A stretch of 64,000 bases of DNA from Hemiscyllium ocellatum (taxonomy: Eukaryota), in assembly GCF_020745735.1 (NCBI RefSeq), contig NC_083425.1, forward strand, positions 35,947,575 through 36,011,574. Reading direction: 5' to 3'. The first letter of the stretch is position 1. Every line of letters starts with the position of its first letter. A model generated the notes under the pieces. The model was not told the origin of the DNA. It saw only the letters and a list, made by a program, of their open reading frames with translations, and did not search any database. Positions 9,880-64,000 of the stretch are shown in pieces. The position numbers were made by a program, and so were the translations under genes.

Positions 9880-12335
9880 ATGACCAGGAGAGGCTGAACC
9901 AGCCATTATCTCTCGATGAGCTAACCAAGGCCATCGGGTCCTTAGAAAAGAATAAAACTCCCAGAAGTGATGGCTTACCAAGTTGTATTCAGCTCTGTGG
10001 GACTTAATTGGCCAGGACATGCTGGAGGTGTATGATAGTAGGCTTCTGGTAGGAAGCACGTGCCAATCCATGAGGAAAAGTATCATCACTCTCATTGCCA
10101 CACGGAAGGGGAGAGGAAAGAAATAAAAATTGGTGATCAGTTTCATTGTGGATTGCAGTCCAAAAAATTCTGTCTAAGATCATCGCCAACTGGAGCAGGT
10201 CTTCTCTGGGATCGGTGATTCACCCCAACCAGGACACGATGTATAAGACTTACATATACAAGACTATATTTACATATATTTGAGGCATCGGGAGAGACGA
10301 ATACCTGAAAGGACCCGCATTTAACTTTGACAGAAAAACCTGTCGTTCCCCACTGTGTCTTTGCAGTAGCTGCCCCATAGTCCTGGACCTCGGAACTTGT
10401 CAGTCTCTAACACTGGGTTAAGGTTAATTCCTTGCTCTGGAAGATGAAAAAGTTTTGGAAATACCAAAGAGCATCTTTCACTGCATTGGATGGGCAGGAT
10501 GATCTCTGAAAGCCTTGCATTCCTCAGGGATATATTCCCCTATGTTCAGGGCTCAGGGTGTGGACACCTCCCTCATCAGCCTGCACCAGGAAAAAACCTT
10601 TGACTGGACATTGCACATCCACTTGTGGGATGTGTTCTCCAAAATGGACTTTGGGGAGGGAATCTGCAATTTATCCAACTGCTCTACATCAACACTGTTA
10701 GTGCAGTCACAATCAATGGTGGGAATTATAAAGCTTCCAATCAGATCTGGAGGCAGACAGGGCTGCCCATCCTCTCCTGCCTTGTTTGCGTGTTGTATAG
10801 AGCACTTTACTGAGTCCATCAGGAAGGATGAGAGCATGAAGGGGGTGTCTATTCCAGGCAGAGGCTTGCAGGTCAAAGTCTCCCTGTACATGGATGATGT
10901 TACCATTTTTTGCTTGGACCAGTTGTCAGGGCATGGACTCATGAGCATCTGCAATCAGTTTGAACTGGCCTCAGGAAGCCAAGGTAAATCAAGGCAAGTG
11001 CGAGGCCATGTTTTTTGGGAACTGGGCTGACCAATCCTTTATCCCCTTTGAGGTAAAGACATTTTATCTGAAGATGCTGGAAATATGGGTTTGGAGGGAC
11101 TATGTTATACACAAAATCTTGGGGAGCAGTGCATCACTAAGGTGAGGCAGAAACTGAGCTTTTGACACAGGTCTGGCTCATTTCCTGAACCTGCATTGTT
11201 GCAGTCACCCAAGCCATCTTCCACTTCAATTGAAAGTCTAAGATGGACAGTGACCACAGGATCACCATGAATAAAGCTCTGGATTCTACGATTCAATGAA
11301 AAGATGCTACCCTCATTCTGATGGTCATCTGTGTATGGCTGCATTAAGCTGTAGAGCCTCGGTACACAAATACGAAGTGTCATAGCATATGGAGGGTCTA
11401 CCTGTGAAGGATAGGATTGGCCTTGTTGCCTTTGAACAGTCCAAGTATTTGGACCATTCTGAATCACCTGTCCTTCATGGAAATATTAGCAAAGAGAAAA
11501 CATCTTTGAGCATCAGACAGTGGACAGCACATAGTATCCTTGAGAATCTGTGGGAAAAGGAGAGGGTGCATCGTGTCAAATTGTTCCCTGAGCAAACTGT
11601 CAAAGTCATTTGGCAAAATTCCTCATCATCAAAACATTTCACCAAGCACCAAGATGTCATTTGGCCAGTGGTGAGAAGGGCATTACCTGTGAGATTCTTT
11701 TTGTACACGCAGATTCTCTACGCCATTGCATGTTGCCCTCAAAGTGGCTGTGGCTGGGTAGAAACTGTTACAAATGTCCATTTGGAATGTGCCTTTGCAA
11801 AGAAAGTCTAGAAAAAGGTGCAGTGATTTTTGGTGTGGTTCATCCCAAGCAGCTCTGTGATGCAGCACTCTTTGCTCTCTGGTCTGTTCCTCAGGATGCA
11901 GATCAAGACAAACACCAACTGTGCCTGAAAGACAATCAGGTGAAAAACACTCTATGGTATACCCAAAACTTGTTGGTCTTCCAGCGCAAAGAATTGACCT
12001 CAACCAAGTCTTGCAGACTGACAAATTCCAAGGGCCAGGACTACATACTGAAGCTGGGGCACCTGCTGGCAAGGCACAGTGGGGAAAAACAGGTTTTCTG
12101 TCAAGTTAAATGGGGTCTGTTCAGTTATTGGAACCTCCTGAGGCCTCAAATAGTGGTAAATACAGCCTTGTACAACTAAACATGCCTTTGATCTGTTTGC
12201 TGGATAGATTCAAATGCCAATGTTTTGTTTGTTTCTTTTAACGCTACTATTCAGAACCAAGCTGCTATAGTGACTATGTATCAATACAAAGTTATTTTGA
12301 TGACTCAAGTATATTTTAGAAATTTTAAAAAATGT
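9880..12335 (+). mobile_element. Degenerate Tx1/L1-clade non-LTR retrotransposon ORF2 (RT plus C-terminal zinc finger) and 3' UTR
   Basis: Frameshifted motifs KNKTPRSDGL, SLHQEKTFD, RQGCPSSPALF, YMDD and CP..C..ETVTNVHLEC; AT-rich tail at about 12300-12335. Confidence 0.9.
10235..10492 (-). mobile_element. Inverted Tx1 3'-end fragment inside the Tx1 RT region
   Basis: Reverse complement aligns by eye with 11935-12180; RT reading stops at VIHPNQ and resumes at GRMISESL on either side. Confidence 0.75.
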
Positions 12336-12336
12336 T

Positions 12337-12545
12337 CATTCCAAGGTCCAAGACTATGTGCTGAGATGCACCAAAGCTTGGGGCAGGTACTGACAAGGCG
12401 CATTGGGGAAGTCTACCATCTAGGGTTTTTCTCAAGTCAAATTGACATCTGTTCAATTATTGGACCTTTCTGGTGCCTCAAATGCATGAAAATATAGTCC
12501 TGCGTAAGTAAGAAATGCCTTGGGTTTGTTTGTTCTATATACGTA
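12337..12545 (+). mobile_element. Tandem extra Tx1 3'-end fragment
   Basis: cattccaaggtccaagactatgtgctga...gcctcaaat aligns with 12025-12205. Confidence 0.75.
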
Positions 12546-13610
12546 TAGTCCGTACCCCTCCACATTCAACACTCCCTAACTTCAAACTAATGTAATCTTT
12601 GTTTGACAGCAGCTATCTCAGTGGCTGTCAGAACATTTATATTTCAGAGCAGGGCAGTTGATGCCTATGTAAAGGGCTGTGGCTTTTCACTTCAGTTGGC
12701 TCCATATCTCTGAAGAAGACCTGATCAGTATCGCCTTTCACAAATGTGGAACTCAATCCTTTCATCGAACAAAGGGCAGGAGTTGCAGTCTGAGAGATTA
12801 TCACTCATTGGAAAAATCCAGCCTACAGTTTCTAATACTGAAATTTGATGAAAGGCTACAGATCTGAATTGTTAATACCGTTCCTTTTCTGACAGATACT
12901 GCCAGACCTGCAAGGTATTTCTAGTATTTTCTGTTTTTACTTCAGATTTTTAGCATCCATTTAGATTTATTTCAGTTCCTAAATCTAGTTTTGCTACATC
13001 TTATGACTACTTTCCTTGTCAGCAGTTCTCTCGTCTTCCACTTACTATTTTAGAACATCCTTTGGACACAAGCCAGCTCATCTGCTTTAATTTGAATTAT
13101 TTTATTCTGTCCCATCAGCTTTCTGACTTTATCACTAATCTCAGCCTATGATACTATATGTTTTGTATTCTAATTTCTGCTCAATCTCACAAAGTTTATT
13201 AATGTCTGCTCTACACTTCTGTCCCAGCAGTTTTTCTTTACATTTTATTTTCTGTGTTGATCACAGAATGATAAAAGCTTTCCAATTCAGCAGTTTAATT
13301 TGCTTTTCCTTCTGGAGCCTTTTAAAATATTCTGATATTTCTAAACAAAAAGATATGATGTTGAAGCTTTTCACCTTGCACTCATCAGGACAGATTAAGA
13401 ATACTAAATTTCAGAGGAAGCAACAACTTATATTGCATGTGTTAAAGGTGCTGATTGTTATGGCTCACCGTAAGCATATTTATATACATTTAAGTGCATA
13501 CATCATCAAGCATGTGACCTAAGGCTATGAAGACCTCATACTCCAACTTAATTTGGATAATTTAAAGCATGAAACTGTACGATAATCATGCTTCTAAATT
13601 AATGTGATTA

Positions 13611-13843
13611 CGGGGCAACTTCTTCACACAGAGGGTGGTACATGTGTGGAATGAGCTGCCAGAGGAAGTGGTGGAGGCTGGTACTATTGCAACATTTAAA
13701 AGGCATTTGGATGAATGGGAAGGGTTTGAAAGGGATATGGGTCAGGTGCTGGCAGGTTGGAGTAGATTGGGTTGGGATATCTGGTCAGCATGGACAGGTC
13801 GGACCAAAGGGTCTGTTTCCATGCTGCACATCTCTAGGACTCT
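13611..13843 (+). mobile_element. HER1/CR1 LINE 3' end
   Basis: VWNELPEEVVEAGTIATFKRHLD; homologous to 5000-5232. Confidence 0.85.
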
Positions 13844-14301
13844 GAGTATTAAGCCCAGGCACACGTCACTGAGGACTGTAGTGTTTGCAAATGATAGTTG
13901 TAATAACTGTCTGATTAATTCTTGAAAATGACAATCCAGTTTATTTTATTATGGGAGATAATAGAAGGATTGCCACATCAGGTAAATCGCCTGCTGCAGG
14001 TACCCACATTGAGTAGCTGAGAAGTTGGCTCTGATAAGTTGAGAAATCGCTATAGAATATACCAGGGAACTGCTGTCCAATGTGCTTTTGCTTAAGTCAA
14101 AAAGGCTCAATGCCTGGGCAAGTGCCTTATTCTTGTAGAGGACAGCTCCCTGAATGTGAATGCATGTAAAACAGTTGCTGGTGGAAAAGATTAATTGGGG
14201 TCCGTTTTGCATTCCAGGACCACCCGGAGTAGTAAGCAGTTTTATAAAACATAAGGAGGGTAGTCCGAGGCACTGACCAAATTATTTAAGAAATAATAGT
14301 C

Positions 14302-14307
14302 TTTATT
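14302..14307 (-). terminator. Candidate DDX41 polyadenylation signal AATAAA
   Basis: First AATAAA I find on the minus strand after the stop, about 380 nt downstream; another lies near 13945. Confidence 0.55.
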
Positions 14308-14683
14308 TTCAACAATTACAGTCACTACCTTGGTCAGTTGACTGACATACCATTGAAGATCATCACAAGCATCAGTAACCATACTGTTAATTATATAAGG
14401 CATTTATACAAGTCCAAAATTAAGGTGCAGTTGACCAAACTCGATCCTTGTTCATCAAGGTTTTAAATGTTCAAATATGGTAGCAAACTGCTCGACAAAC
14501 TGAAGTATTCTGCAACAATAACATGTTCCCTTTTAAAATAGTGGATGAATGTACTTTCAGCTGATTAAAAAAAAGAGAGAACTTTGGGAAATGCAGTGGG
14601 CTGAACAGAACTCTTCCTCCTCTCTCAATTTGCCATGCACAAATTCACTCCTAAAGCTGCCAGCTGTACTGGAATATATCAGG

Positions 14684-57228
<42,545 letters not shown>

Positions 57229-57600
57229 TGCATCCTTGCAACTATTGCTTCCGGTGTGTCCGCTAACTCCCACTGTCGTTTCCGGTCCGTGCGGCCTGTG
57301 TCCCGGAGGCAGGTCGGGGCCTGGTCGCCAGGGCCGGGGCTGCCCGACAATGACCCAGGCGATAGGTGCCGGAGGATCCCATTAACGAGGCGGCGTGTGG
57401 AGACAAAGGCATGGATTGCGAAACAATAAAGGTCAATATTCCACTTGACGAAAACAATATTGAACAAAAGACAAAAATACTATTCTCTGTAACTATGACA
57501 AACATAAACTTTCCATTTTTTCCCTCCCGGTCCTTTTCGAAATGTTCGCTCGAATTTTTTTAAAAAAGTGTAGGTGACGGCCATTCGGCCCATCAGCTCT
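57229..57600 (-). promoter_or_regulatory. CpG-rich DDX41 promoter / 5' UTR
   Basis: Local CpG/GC enrichment directly upstream of exon 1; ETS/GABP-like TTCCGG cores at about 57249 and 57280. Confidence 0.7.
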
Positions 57601-58456
57601 GTACTGCTGCCTCTCTGAATGAGTAATCATTCCAGGCCCACTCTGATTCCTCCACCTTCAACACCACGGCATATTCACAGAATAAATTTAAGAAAGAAAT
57701 GATCATGTTCCAAATTACTTCAAATAAGAGAGGAATACACTATTTACAGCTTTGGAGACTGTTCCTCAGATTCCCTTTTTTGAAAACAGGACAGAAAGGG
57801 TTGCTAGGCAACCATCACAACATCCCCCCCCCCCCCCCCCAAAGTCTCTTCCAACCAAGTTTTTCAGCAGGAAAGGGCAAATAATTCCATCTCTGATCTC
57901 ACTAAAAGCTTTGATTGCCTTTTTTTCCAAAGTCACTTGACTTTCTAAAATCAATAGGTGGAATACAGCCCACATGAAATCATTTGCCTCATTTCTTTGA
58001 AAAATCCAGTTTAATTCAGATAGTGTCAAAAGATCCAGATTCAAGTACCATTCACCTGGATATGTGCAATAATGCCGTGAAAAGCATCATATTATGCTTC
58101 AAAAGGGCATGGACAAGTTCGCTGAATGCACAGACAGATCACAGATGAAGTTCAGTGCAAAGAAATGTGAGGTGAGTCATTTTGGTAATATTATGATTGA
58201 GGCGTGAGGAATATATTTGTAATCAAACTCCATTACTTTGCAAGTCACACCATTAGAAAAATGTTTTGATTAATTATGTGGTCCCAATCATAGGAAAACA
58301 TTGAGATAGTATAAAGTAAAGGATACAATGATAAAGTGGGTGCAGAAATATAGAGAGTTTATACGTACCCATAAATTAAGTAGTTAAGGTTGAGAGATCA
58401 GTTATTGAACCATGCAGTGTCGTTGGCTTTAAAAAGTCATGCTGAACTTACATAAA

Positions 58457-59050
58457 GTTAAAAATCAAATAACACCAGGTTATAATCCAATAGGTTTATT
58501 TGGAAGTACTAGCTTTCGGAGCATTGCTCCTTCATCAGTAATAGGGCAGGATCATAAGACACAGAATTTATAGCACAAGATATAACTGCTATGATATATT
58601 GAACAAATCTAAACTGCCGTTAAGTCTTTCATCTTTTAGAATGGATTTCAGGCTTCAATTCATTAATGTGTAAATCCCAGAACTTCTTTCAAGTCACATT
58701 CCTGAGGTAACTTAAGATTTTATGAAATAAAGGTGACATCTCAGCTCAATGTATAGGTGTGAGGTTAGAGTTTGTCTGTATGCCAGTCTTGAGTCGGACT
58801 GATTCTATTTCCGAAGTAGGAATTTATAAAATATTGCATGTACTGACTGTCTGCATTGACTGCCTGTGTGCTTTTTGAGCAAAATAGAATGTGTCTGCAA
58901 ATACACATAGACTTATATGTGTGTGTACATGCATGTTGGGAGGGAGGGAGAGAGAGAGTGTGTGTGTGTGAGAGAAAGAGTGAGTGCGTGTGTCTTGTTC
59001 TTGATGTGCATGTAGGTGTTGTAGAGGTATACGTGCAAGTGTTCTGGGAA
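58457..59050 (-). mobile_element. Penelope 3' fragment with GT/GA microsatellite
   Basis: Same terminal family as the 24.6-kb and 41.1-kb elements; CTGATGAAGGAGCAATGCTCCGAAAGCTAG on the minus strand. Confidence 0.6.
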
Positions 59051-59097
59051 GAAGGCATGTGAATGGGGTTCAACAATGTATCAACCATGATCAAATG

Positions 59098-60040
59098 GTC
59101 ATAGAGTCATACAACGTGGAAACAGGTATTTTGGCCCAACTCGTCTATGCCAACCAGTTTTCTTAAACTGAACTGATTCCATTTGCTTCCATTTGAACCA
59201 TATCCCTCTAAACCTAGTTTTCTGTCCAAGTACCTGTCCAAATGTCTTTTAAGTATTGTAATTGGACCCACCTCTACCAACAGCATATTCCATATATGCG
59301 CCATCCTCTGTCTGAAAAAGTTGCCCCTCAGAATCCTTTTAAATCTTTCCCCCTCTCACTTTAAACCTATGCCCTCTAGATTTGGATTTCCTTACCTTCG
59401 GGAAAAGACCTTAGTAATTCACCTGATGTCAGCCCCTCATGATTTTATAAACCTCTATAAAGCCACCTCTCAGCCTCCTATCCTCTAGGGACAAAAGTCC
59501 CAGCCTTGCCATGCAAATCAAACCCCCCCCAGTCTTGGTAACGTCATTTTTTGTTCTCTTTCCAGTTTAATAACATCCTTCTTGTAATAGCTTGATCAGA
59601 ATTGTACACAATACTCTAAATGCACTCTCACCTATGTCGTGTACAGCTGTAAAATTGCATTTCACCTCCTGTACTCAATGCACTAACTTAAGCACCTTCC
59701 TCATCGCCCTGTCCACCTGTTACAGCACTGTCAAGAAACTATGTACCCACACTCTTGGGTCTCGCTATACAAAAAGACTGCCCAGAGCACCACCATTAAC
59801 TATATAAGTCCTGCCCTGGTTTGTCTTGCCAAAATGTAGCACCTTGCATTTATCTGGATTAAACGCCAATTGGACCAGTTGATCAAGATGGCGTTGTACT
59901 GCTAGATAATCTTCTTCATTGTCTACTACAACACCAATTTTGGTGTAATTCACAAACTTACTAAATACACTTATATTCTCATCCAAATAGTACATATACA
60001 TGATGAACAAAGTGGACCCAACACCAAATCTTGTGGAGCA
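59098..60040 (-). mobile_element. HER1/CR1 LINE 3' fragment
   Basis: Reverse complement of the 4226-5232 family; FNPDKCKVLHFG. Confidence 0.8.
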
Positions 60041-60094
60041 GACTTGATGAGCCAAATGATCTAATTCTGCTCCTGTATCTAATGGCTGTGACTT

Positions 60095-60305
60095 ATGACC
60101 AGGATAGAGAGCTTATGTAGCAAGCAGGACAGATGTAGATGACAGTGACCAAAATAGAGAGATTTCACTATGAAGAGAGAGATCTCATGATCAAGACAGG
60201 CAAGTTACACAACAACTGAGACAGAGGGGGTTCACAAAATGACCAGGACAAATAGATCACATGATTAAGACAGCAATATTGCATAGTGACCAGAACAGTG
60301 ACATC
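60095..60305 (+). repeat. Degenerate ~24-bp tandem repeat (gaccaggacagagag...)
   Basis: Recurrent tgaccaggac / gatcacatg units. Confidence 0.45.
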
Positions 60306-61059
60306 TAATTTCTTGGTCGTACAGAAATTAAACATTGAGAAAAGGAGGGCATGATGTCAAAGCTTTTATTTTTGCACTCATCATTATTGGAATGCAAGAA
60401 AAGAAACAAATCTTTGAAAGGGACAGCAATTTATACAGCAGGAGAAGGGGATGCTGATTGATTGGACTATGATTGGAATGGAAATGTAGCAGAAACTGTT
60501 AAATGTCAACTTTAGCTCGCTGATTAACCACAAAACAGGCAAATAAACTCTGATTGGTCAGGTAATTGTCATGGAAAATACAACAGGTTTCGGTATTGTC
60601 CATAATCCTTTCTCCTATTGTCCTCCTGTGTGTGAATACGTGTAACTTTGAGCACATGCAAATAAATGCCCTGCAAGTCCAGCTGGTAATCTTAAATTGC
60701 TTTCAATGTAAGTCTGAGCATAGTCAAAAGTATTTAATAAATATAGTTCAAAAGCATAAGTACATCTAATACTGGACCTGATGTTCTGAGTTTTGTACTC
60801 AGAGCCTGGTAGAGCACTTTGAGTATGCTGCCCATTGTAGACGGAAGAACATATTGTTTGATACAGTCTGCCAATCATTGAAGCATAGGCCTACATACCT
60901 GACATTATACTAGCACTGAAACTCGAGTACCCTATCACTTATTTGTATGGTTGGCAGGATGTCTTTTTGGCAAGATGGTGGGATCCTGTTAGCAGAGAAT
61001 ACTGAAAGTAAAAATAAACTAAAAGTAAACTTCAAAAAAAGTAGCAGCAGGAGTTCCAT

Positions 61060-61775
61060 TGACTAAAAGCTGAACTGGACTAGCAGCATAAATATTGTGG
61101 CAACAGGAGCAAATCAAAGGTTAGGAATTCTGCAGTGAGTAACTCACTTCCTATGTCCCTAAAACCTATCCACCACCTATATGGCACAAGTCAGGAGTAC
61201 TTCCATACTTTCCACTTGCCAGGATGAATGCAGCTCCAAGAGTACACAGGAAGCTTGACACCATCCAGGACAAAGCAGCCCACTTGATTGGAGTTCCATC
61301 CACCACATTCAACATTTATTGCCTTCACCGCCAATTACAAGATGCACTACATTAAGGCTCCCTTGAAACCTTCAAACGTACAACTTTTATCAACTAGAAT
61401 TAGAATGAGGTGTATTGTCACAAGTATGGGATACACAGAGTGAAAAGCATACCAAATTGCCATTTCCAGCACCATCTAAGGCGTAATTTAGAAAAATAAA
61501 GAAATAATATAGTCCTTATAAAGCTAGGTAAAAAAAGATATCCAGGTACAAATTTTTGAGGTATAAATTTTTTAAAAAGGATAAGCGAAGCAGTTGTGTG
61601 GGAAAATCGCCACCTACAAGTTCCCATCCAAGTCACACAACACCCTGACTTGAAGCTATATTGCTCTTCCTTCACTGTCGCTGGGTGAAAATAATGGAAC
61701 TCTCTTGCAGCAGTATGGGACGTGCTACACTATAAGGACTGCAGCGGTTAAGAACACAGCTCACCAAAATCTTGT
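61060..61775 (+). mobile_element. L2-like LINE 3' fragment
   Basis: aagcttgacaccatccaggacaaagcagcccacttgattgg; homologous to 33050-33640. Confidence 0.6.
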
Positions 61776-62550
61776 TGAGAGTGAGTTTAGGATTAGTTTT
61801 TTGATCTAGGTATAAAGCTTATCTGTTTCACCTAACCCCAGCTTTGTAATACATGATTAAAGTAGGTTAGAATGTTTGAATGGGTTAATGAGTTTAAAAA
61901 GATGATACAGTAATTGAATTGAATCAGGAGACAGCTGGTCACGCAAGAGGAAGTTTAAATCATCTTGGACATAGGAGACAAGTTGTGTAGGCAAGGGTAC
62001 ATAGGTTAGACTTTGGAGACGATCACAAGTGGTAACCTACAGCCCAACGCTTGAATGAGGAACCCGGAGTTAGGATGACAGAACCAATCAGTTTGAGACT
62101 AACTAACTTGGCTAAACACAGATAATATTGTGTGAGAATTGTGGTGTTTGCATTTTCTTTGTAACTGGTTTGAAATCTGACCTTAGTTCGATTCCAGCCT
62201 CAAGCGACTATCTGTGTGGAGTTTGCACATTCCCCCCGTGCCTGTGTGGGTTTTCTCCAGCTTCCTCCCACAATCACAAAGATGTGCAGATGAGGTGAAT
62301 TGGCCACGTTAAATTGCCCATAGTGTTAGGTGCATTAGTCAGGAGTAAAATATAGGGTAAGGGAATGGATCTGGGTGGGTTATTCTTCGGAGGGCCGTTG
62401 TGGACTTGTTGGTCCGATGGGCGTGTTTCCATACTGCAGGGAATCTAATCTAATAAGGCATATTTTACTCAGTATTGATCTGCAACACTTGCTCCTGTTA
62501 ACTTGTAGACTAATGATGCCTTCAGCCAGGAGTCATTGATCCATTTCCAG
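61776..62550 (+). mobile_element. LTR-like insertion splitting the L2-like tail
   Basis: L2 tail gctcaccaaaatcttgt resumes at gggaaatagggttggcaacaaatgctgg; internal CCAATC. Confidence 0.35.
62185..62453 (+). mobile_element. HE1-type SINE, 5'-truncated, inside an LTR-like segment
   Basis: Same core and ctaatctaat tail. Confidence 0.8.
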
Positions 62551-62759
62551 GGAAATAGGGTTGGCAACAAATGCTGGTGTAGCATATTACTGTGAATAAA
62601 TTATAAAAATAATGGCTTGGTTCGTCTCTTGTTCACATTTTTGAGGATCTTTCCCTTTTGCAGAGTAATCTGAACTCGTTTGGGCACTTTTCAGGCCCCA
62701 ACATGGTAGACCTAGGCACTTTTGTGAGTCTGTGATGTACAGTGAGGGATAGGCTGCAT

Positions 62760-63252
62760 CTAAAATATCCTGCGTGATAATGGCTACTCTGATCACTTTA
62801 AATCACACGAACTCGTGATATATCATCACAGCGGTCAGACATCTATCGACGGAGAGGGGATCGGGGGCATGGGAATTTCTGCCGGGAGTGGCAGAAGGAG
62901 GTAAGGAGGGAGTGGGAATATTTATTGTTGGGGAGATGGAGAATCTAGCAGGGAAGGGAATGTCTGTATCAGGGGATCTGTATGGTGGGAAGTCAAGCCT
63001 CTACAAAAATCCTATAGGAGGGCATGGAAAATCGATTGGAATCTATCTGCCGACGTCTGTACAAGTGTGTCTCTATCGGGGGCACAATGAGCTTTCTGGG
63101 TTGAGGGGACCTGGTCACGGTCGGGATTTTTAACTGCTGTGACAACAGGCAGGCTTTAGGACCCTGTGGCAGTGAGTGACGGGGCTTCACCAGCTGTTAA
63201 TTGAATTCTCTCTCGGTTTCTGGGCAGTTCTGTGTATGATCGGCTTCGATTG
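62760..63252 (+). promoter_or_regulatory. CpG-enriched upstream region of the TMEM35A-like gene, possibly with a non-coding exon
   Basis: CpG-rich; donor-like GAG|GTAAGG near 62900; pyrimidine tract and CAG acceptor near 63227, just before the ATG. Confidence 0.45.
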
Positions 63253-63255
63253 ATG

Positions 63256-63375
63256 ATGGTGTCGTCCAGGACAGTGACAATCGTGACTCTCTCTGTTGCG
63301 TTGGGTTTATTCTTTGTCTTCATGGGAACCATCAAATTGACGCCAAGACTGAGCAGAGATGCTTACAGCGAGATG
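63256..63375 (+). CDS. TMEM35A: TMEM35A/NACHO-like (nicotinic acetylcholine receptor chaperone), first coding exon; rest of gene lies beyond the window
   Basis: Encodes [40 protein letters not shown], 36/40 identical to the human TMEM35A N-terminus as recalled; 120 nt followed by |GTAAGC donor; alternative in-frame ATG at 63253. Confidence 0.92.
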
Positions 63376-63689
63376 GTAAGCAGCAATGGGTGAGCAGGTG
63401 TCTAACAGATACACAGTATTACTAAGCACTCAACACACAACAGCGACTGAATTAGACACGGGGCCTGTACCAACCAGCTTCTAGAAACCGCTCAGCATAA
63501 ACACAACAAAAGAGAAAAGCAGGCAGGAGAAACAGGGAGCTATCACTGCCTAGGACTCACATTAAGTGTTGTTACTTTGCAAAATGAATTATTCATTTCA
63601 GACTGGGAACAAAACAATAAATACAAAAAAAATGCTCACAGGAATTCATGTAGCCCATTAATTGTAATAAAATCCCCCAAAGTGATTCA

Positions 63690-63935
63690 CAGGAGCATTT
63701 AAAGAAATGTGTTAATCTATAGAATTCCTTGTCCAGTGAAGTAGTATTTGCTACTTCAGTAAATGTTTTTAAAGCTAAGGTAGTTTTTTTAACAATAATG
63801 GATTTAAGGGATACGGTGAGAGCACGGTTAAGTGGATCTGAGACCAGAAAAAGACGAGCCATGACCTTTTTGAATGGTGTAGCAGGCTCGAAGGGCTGGA
63901 TGGCCTACTGCTCCTAGCTCTTATGTATGTTCTTC
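63690..63935 (+). mobile_element. CR1 LINE 3' end
   Basis: gaatggtgtagcaggctcgaagggctggatggcctactgctcc. Confidence 0.65.
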
Positions 63936-64000
63936 TGAATATTTGACACTGGCACATGTAAGGCAAAGTCATCAAAAGCTTCTTCAGAGATTAGCTTGAA

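Noticed and set aside
12337-12370. U1 3' half after the Tx1 tail (ATGTGCTGA match), which would imply insertion into a U1 gene here
   Set aside because: The segment aligns continuously for about 200 nt with the Tx1 ORF2 end, so the 9-mer is coincidental.

Overview
Vertebrate genomic DNA. The repeat content (HE1-type SINEs with (CTAAT)n tails, HER1/CR1 LINEs, Penelope ends) points to a shark; this is an inference. The window holds a complete 17-exon DDX41 gene on the minus strand (CDS 57228 to 14684, 1833 nt, 610 aa, all introns GT-AG). It also holds the first coding exon of a TMEM35A/NACHO-like gene on the plus strand (63256-63375), divergent from DDX41 and missed by the ORF track. A CpG promoter and first exon of an unidentified minus-strand gene lie at about 7.4-7.6 kb. 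Most remaining sequence is transposon-derived, and most track ORFs are spurious. Highlights: (1) a U1 snRNA 5' head sitting directly in front of a Tx1-type retrotransposon whose 3' end occurs three times, once inverted; (2) a TSD-flanked, polyadenylated L1 carrying ORF1 but no ORF2 (HAL1-like) in DDX41 intron 13; (3) Penelope-derived hairpin elements with minimal hammerhead ribozyme cores; (4) DDX41-TMEM35A adjacency, which differs from the human arrangement. Repeat family names and reference sequences are from memory and need database confirmation; repeat boundaries are approximate.
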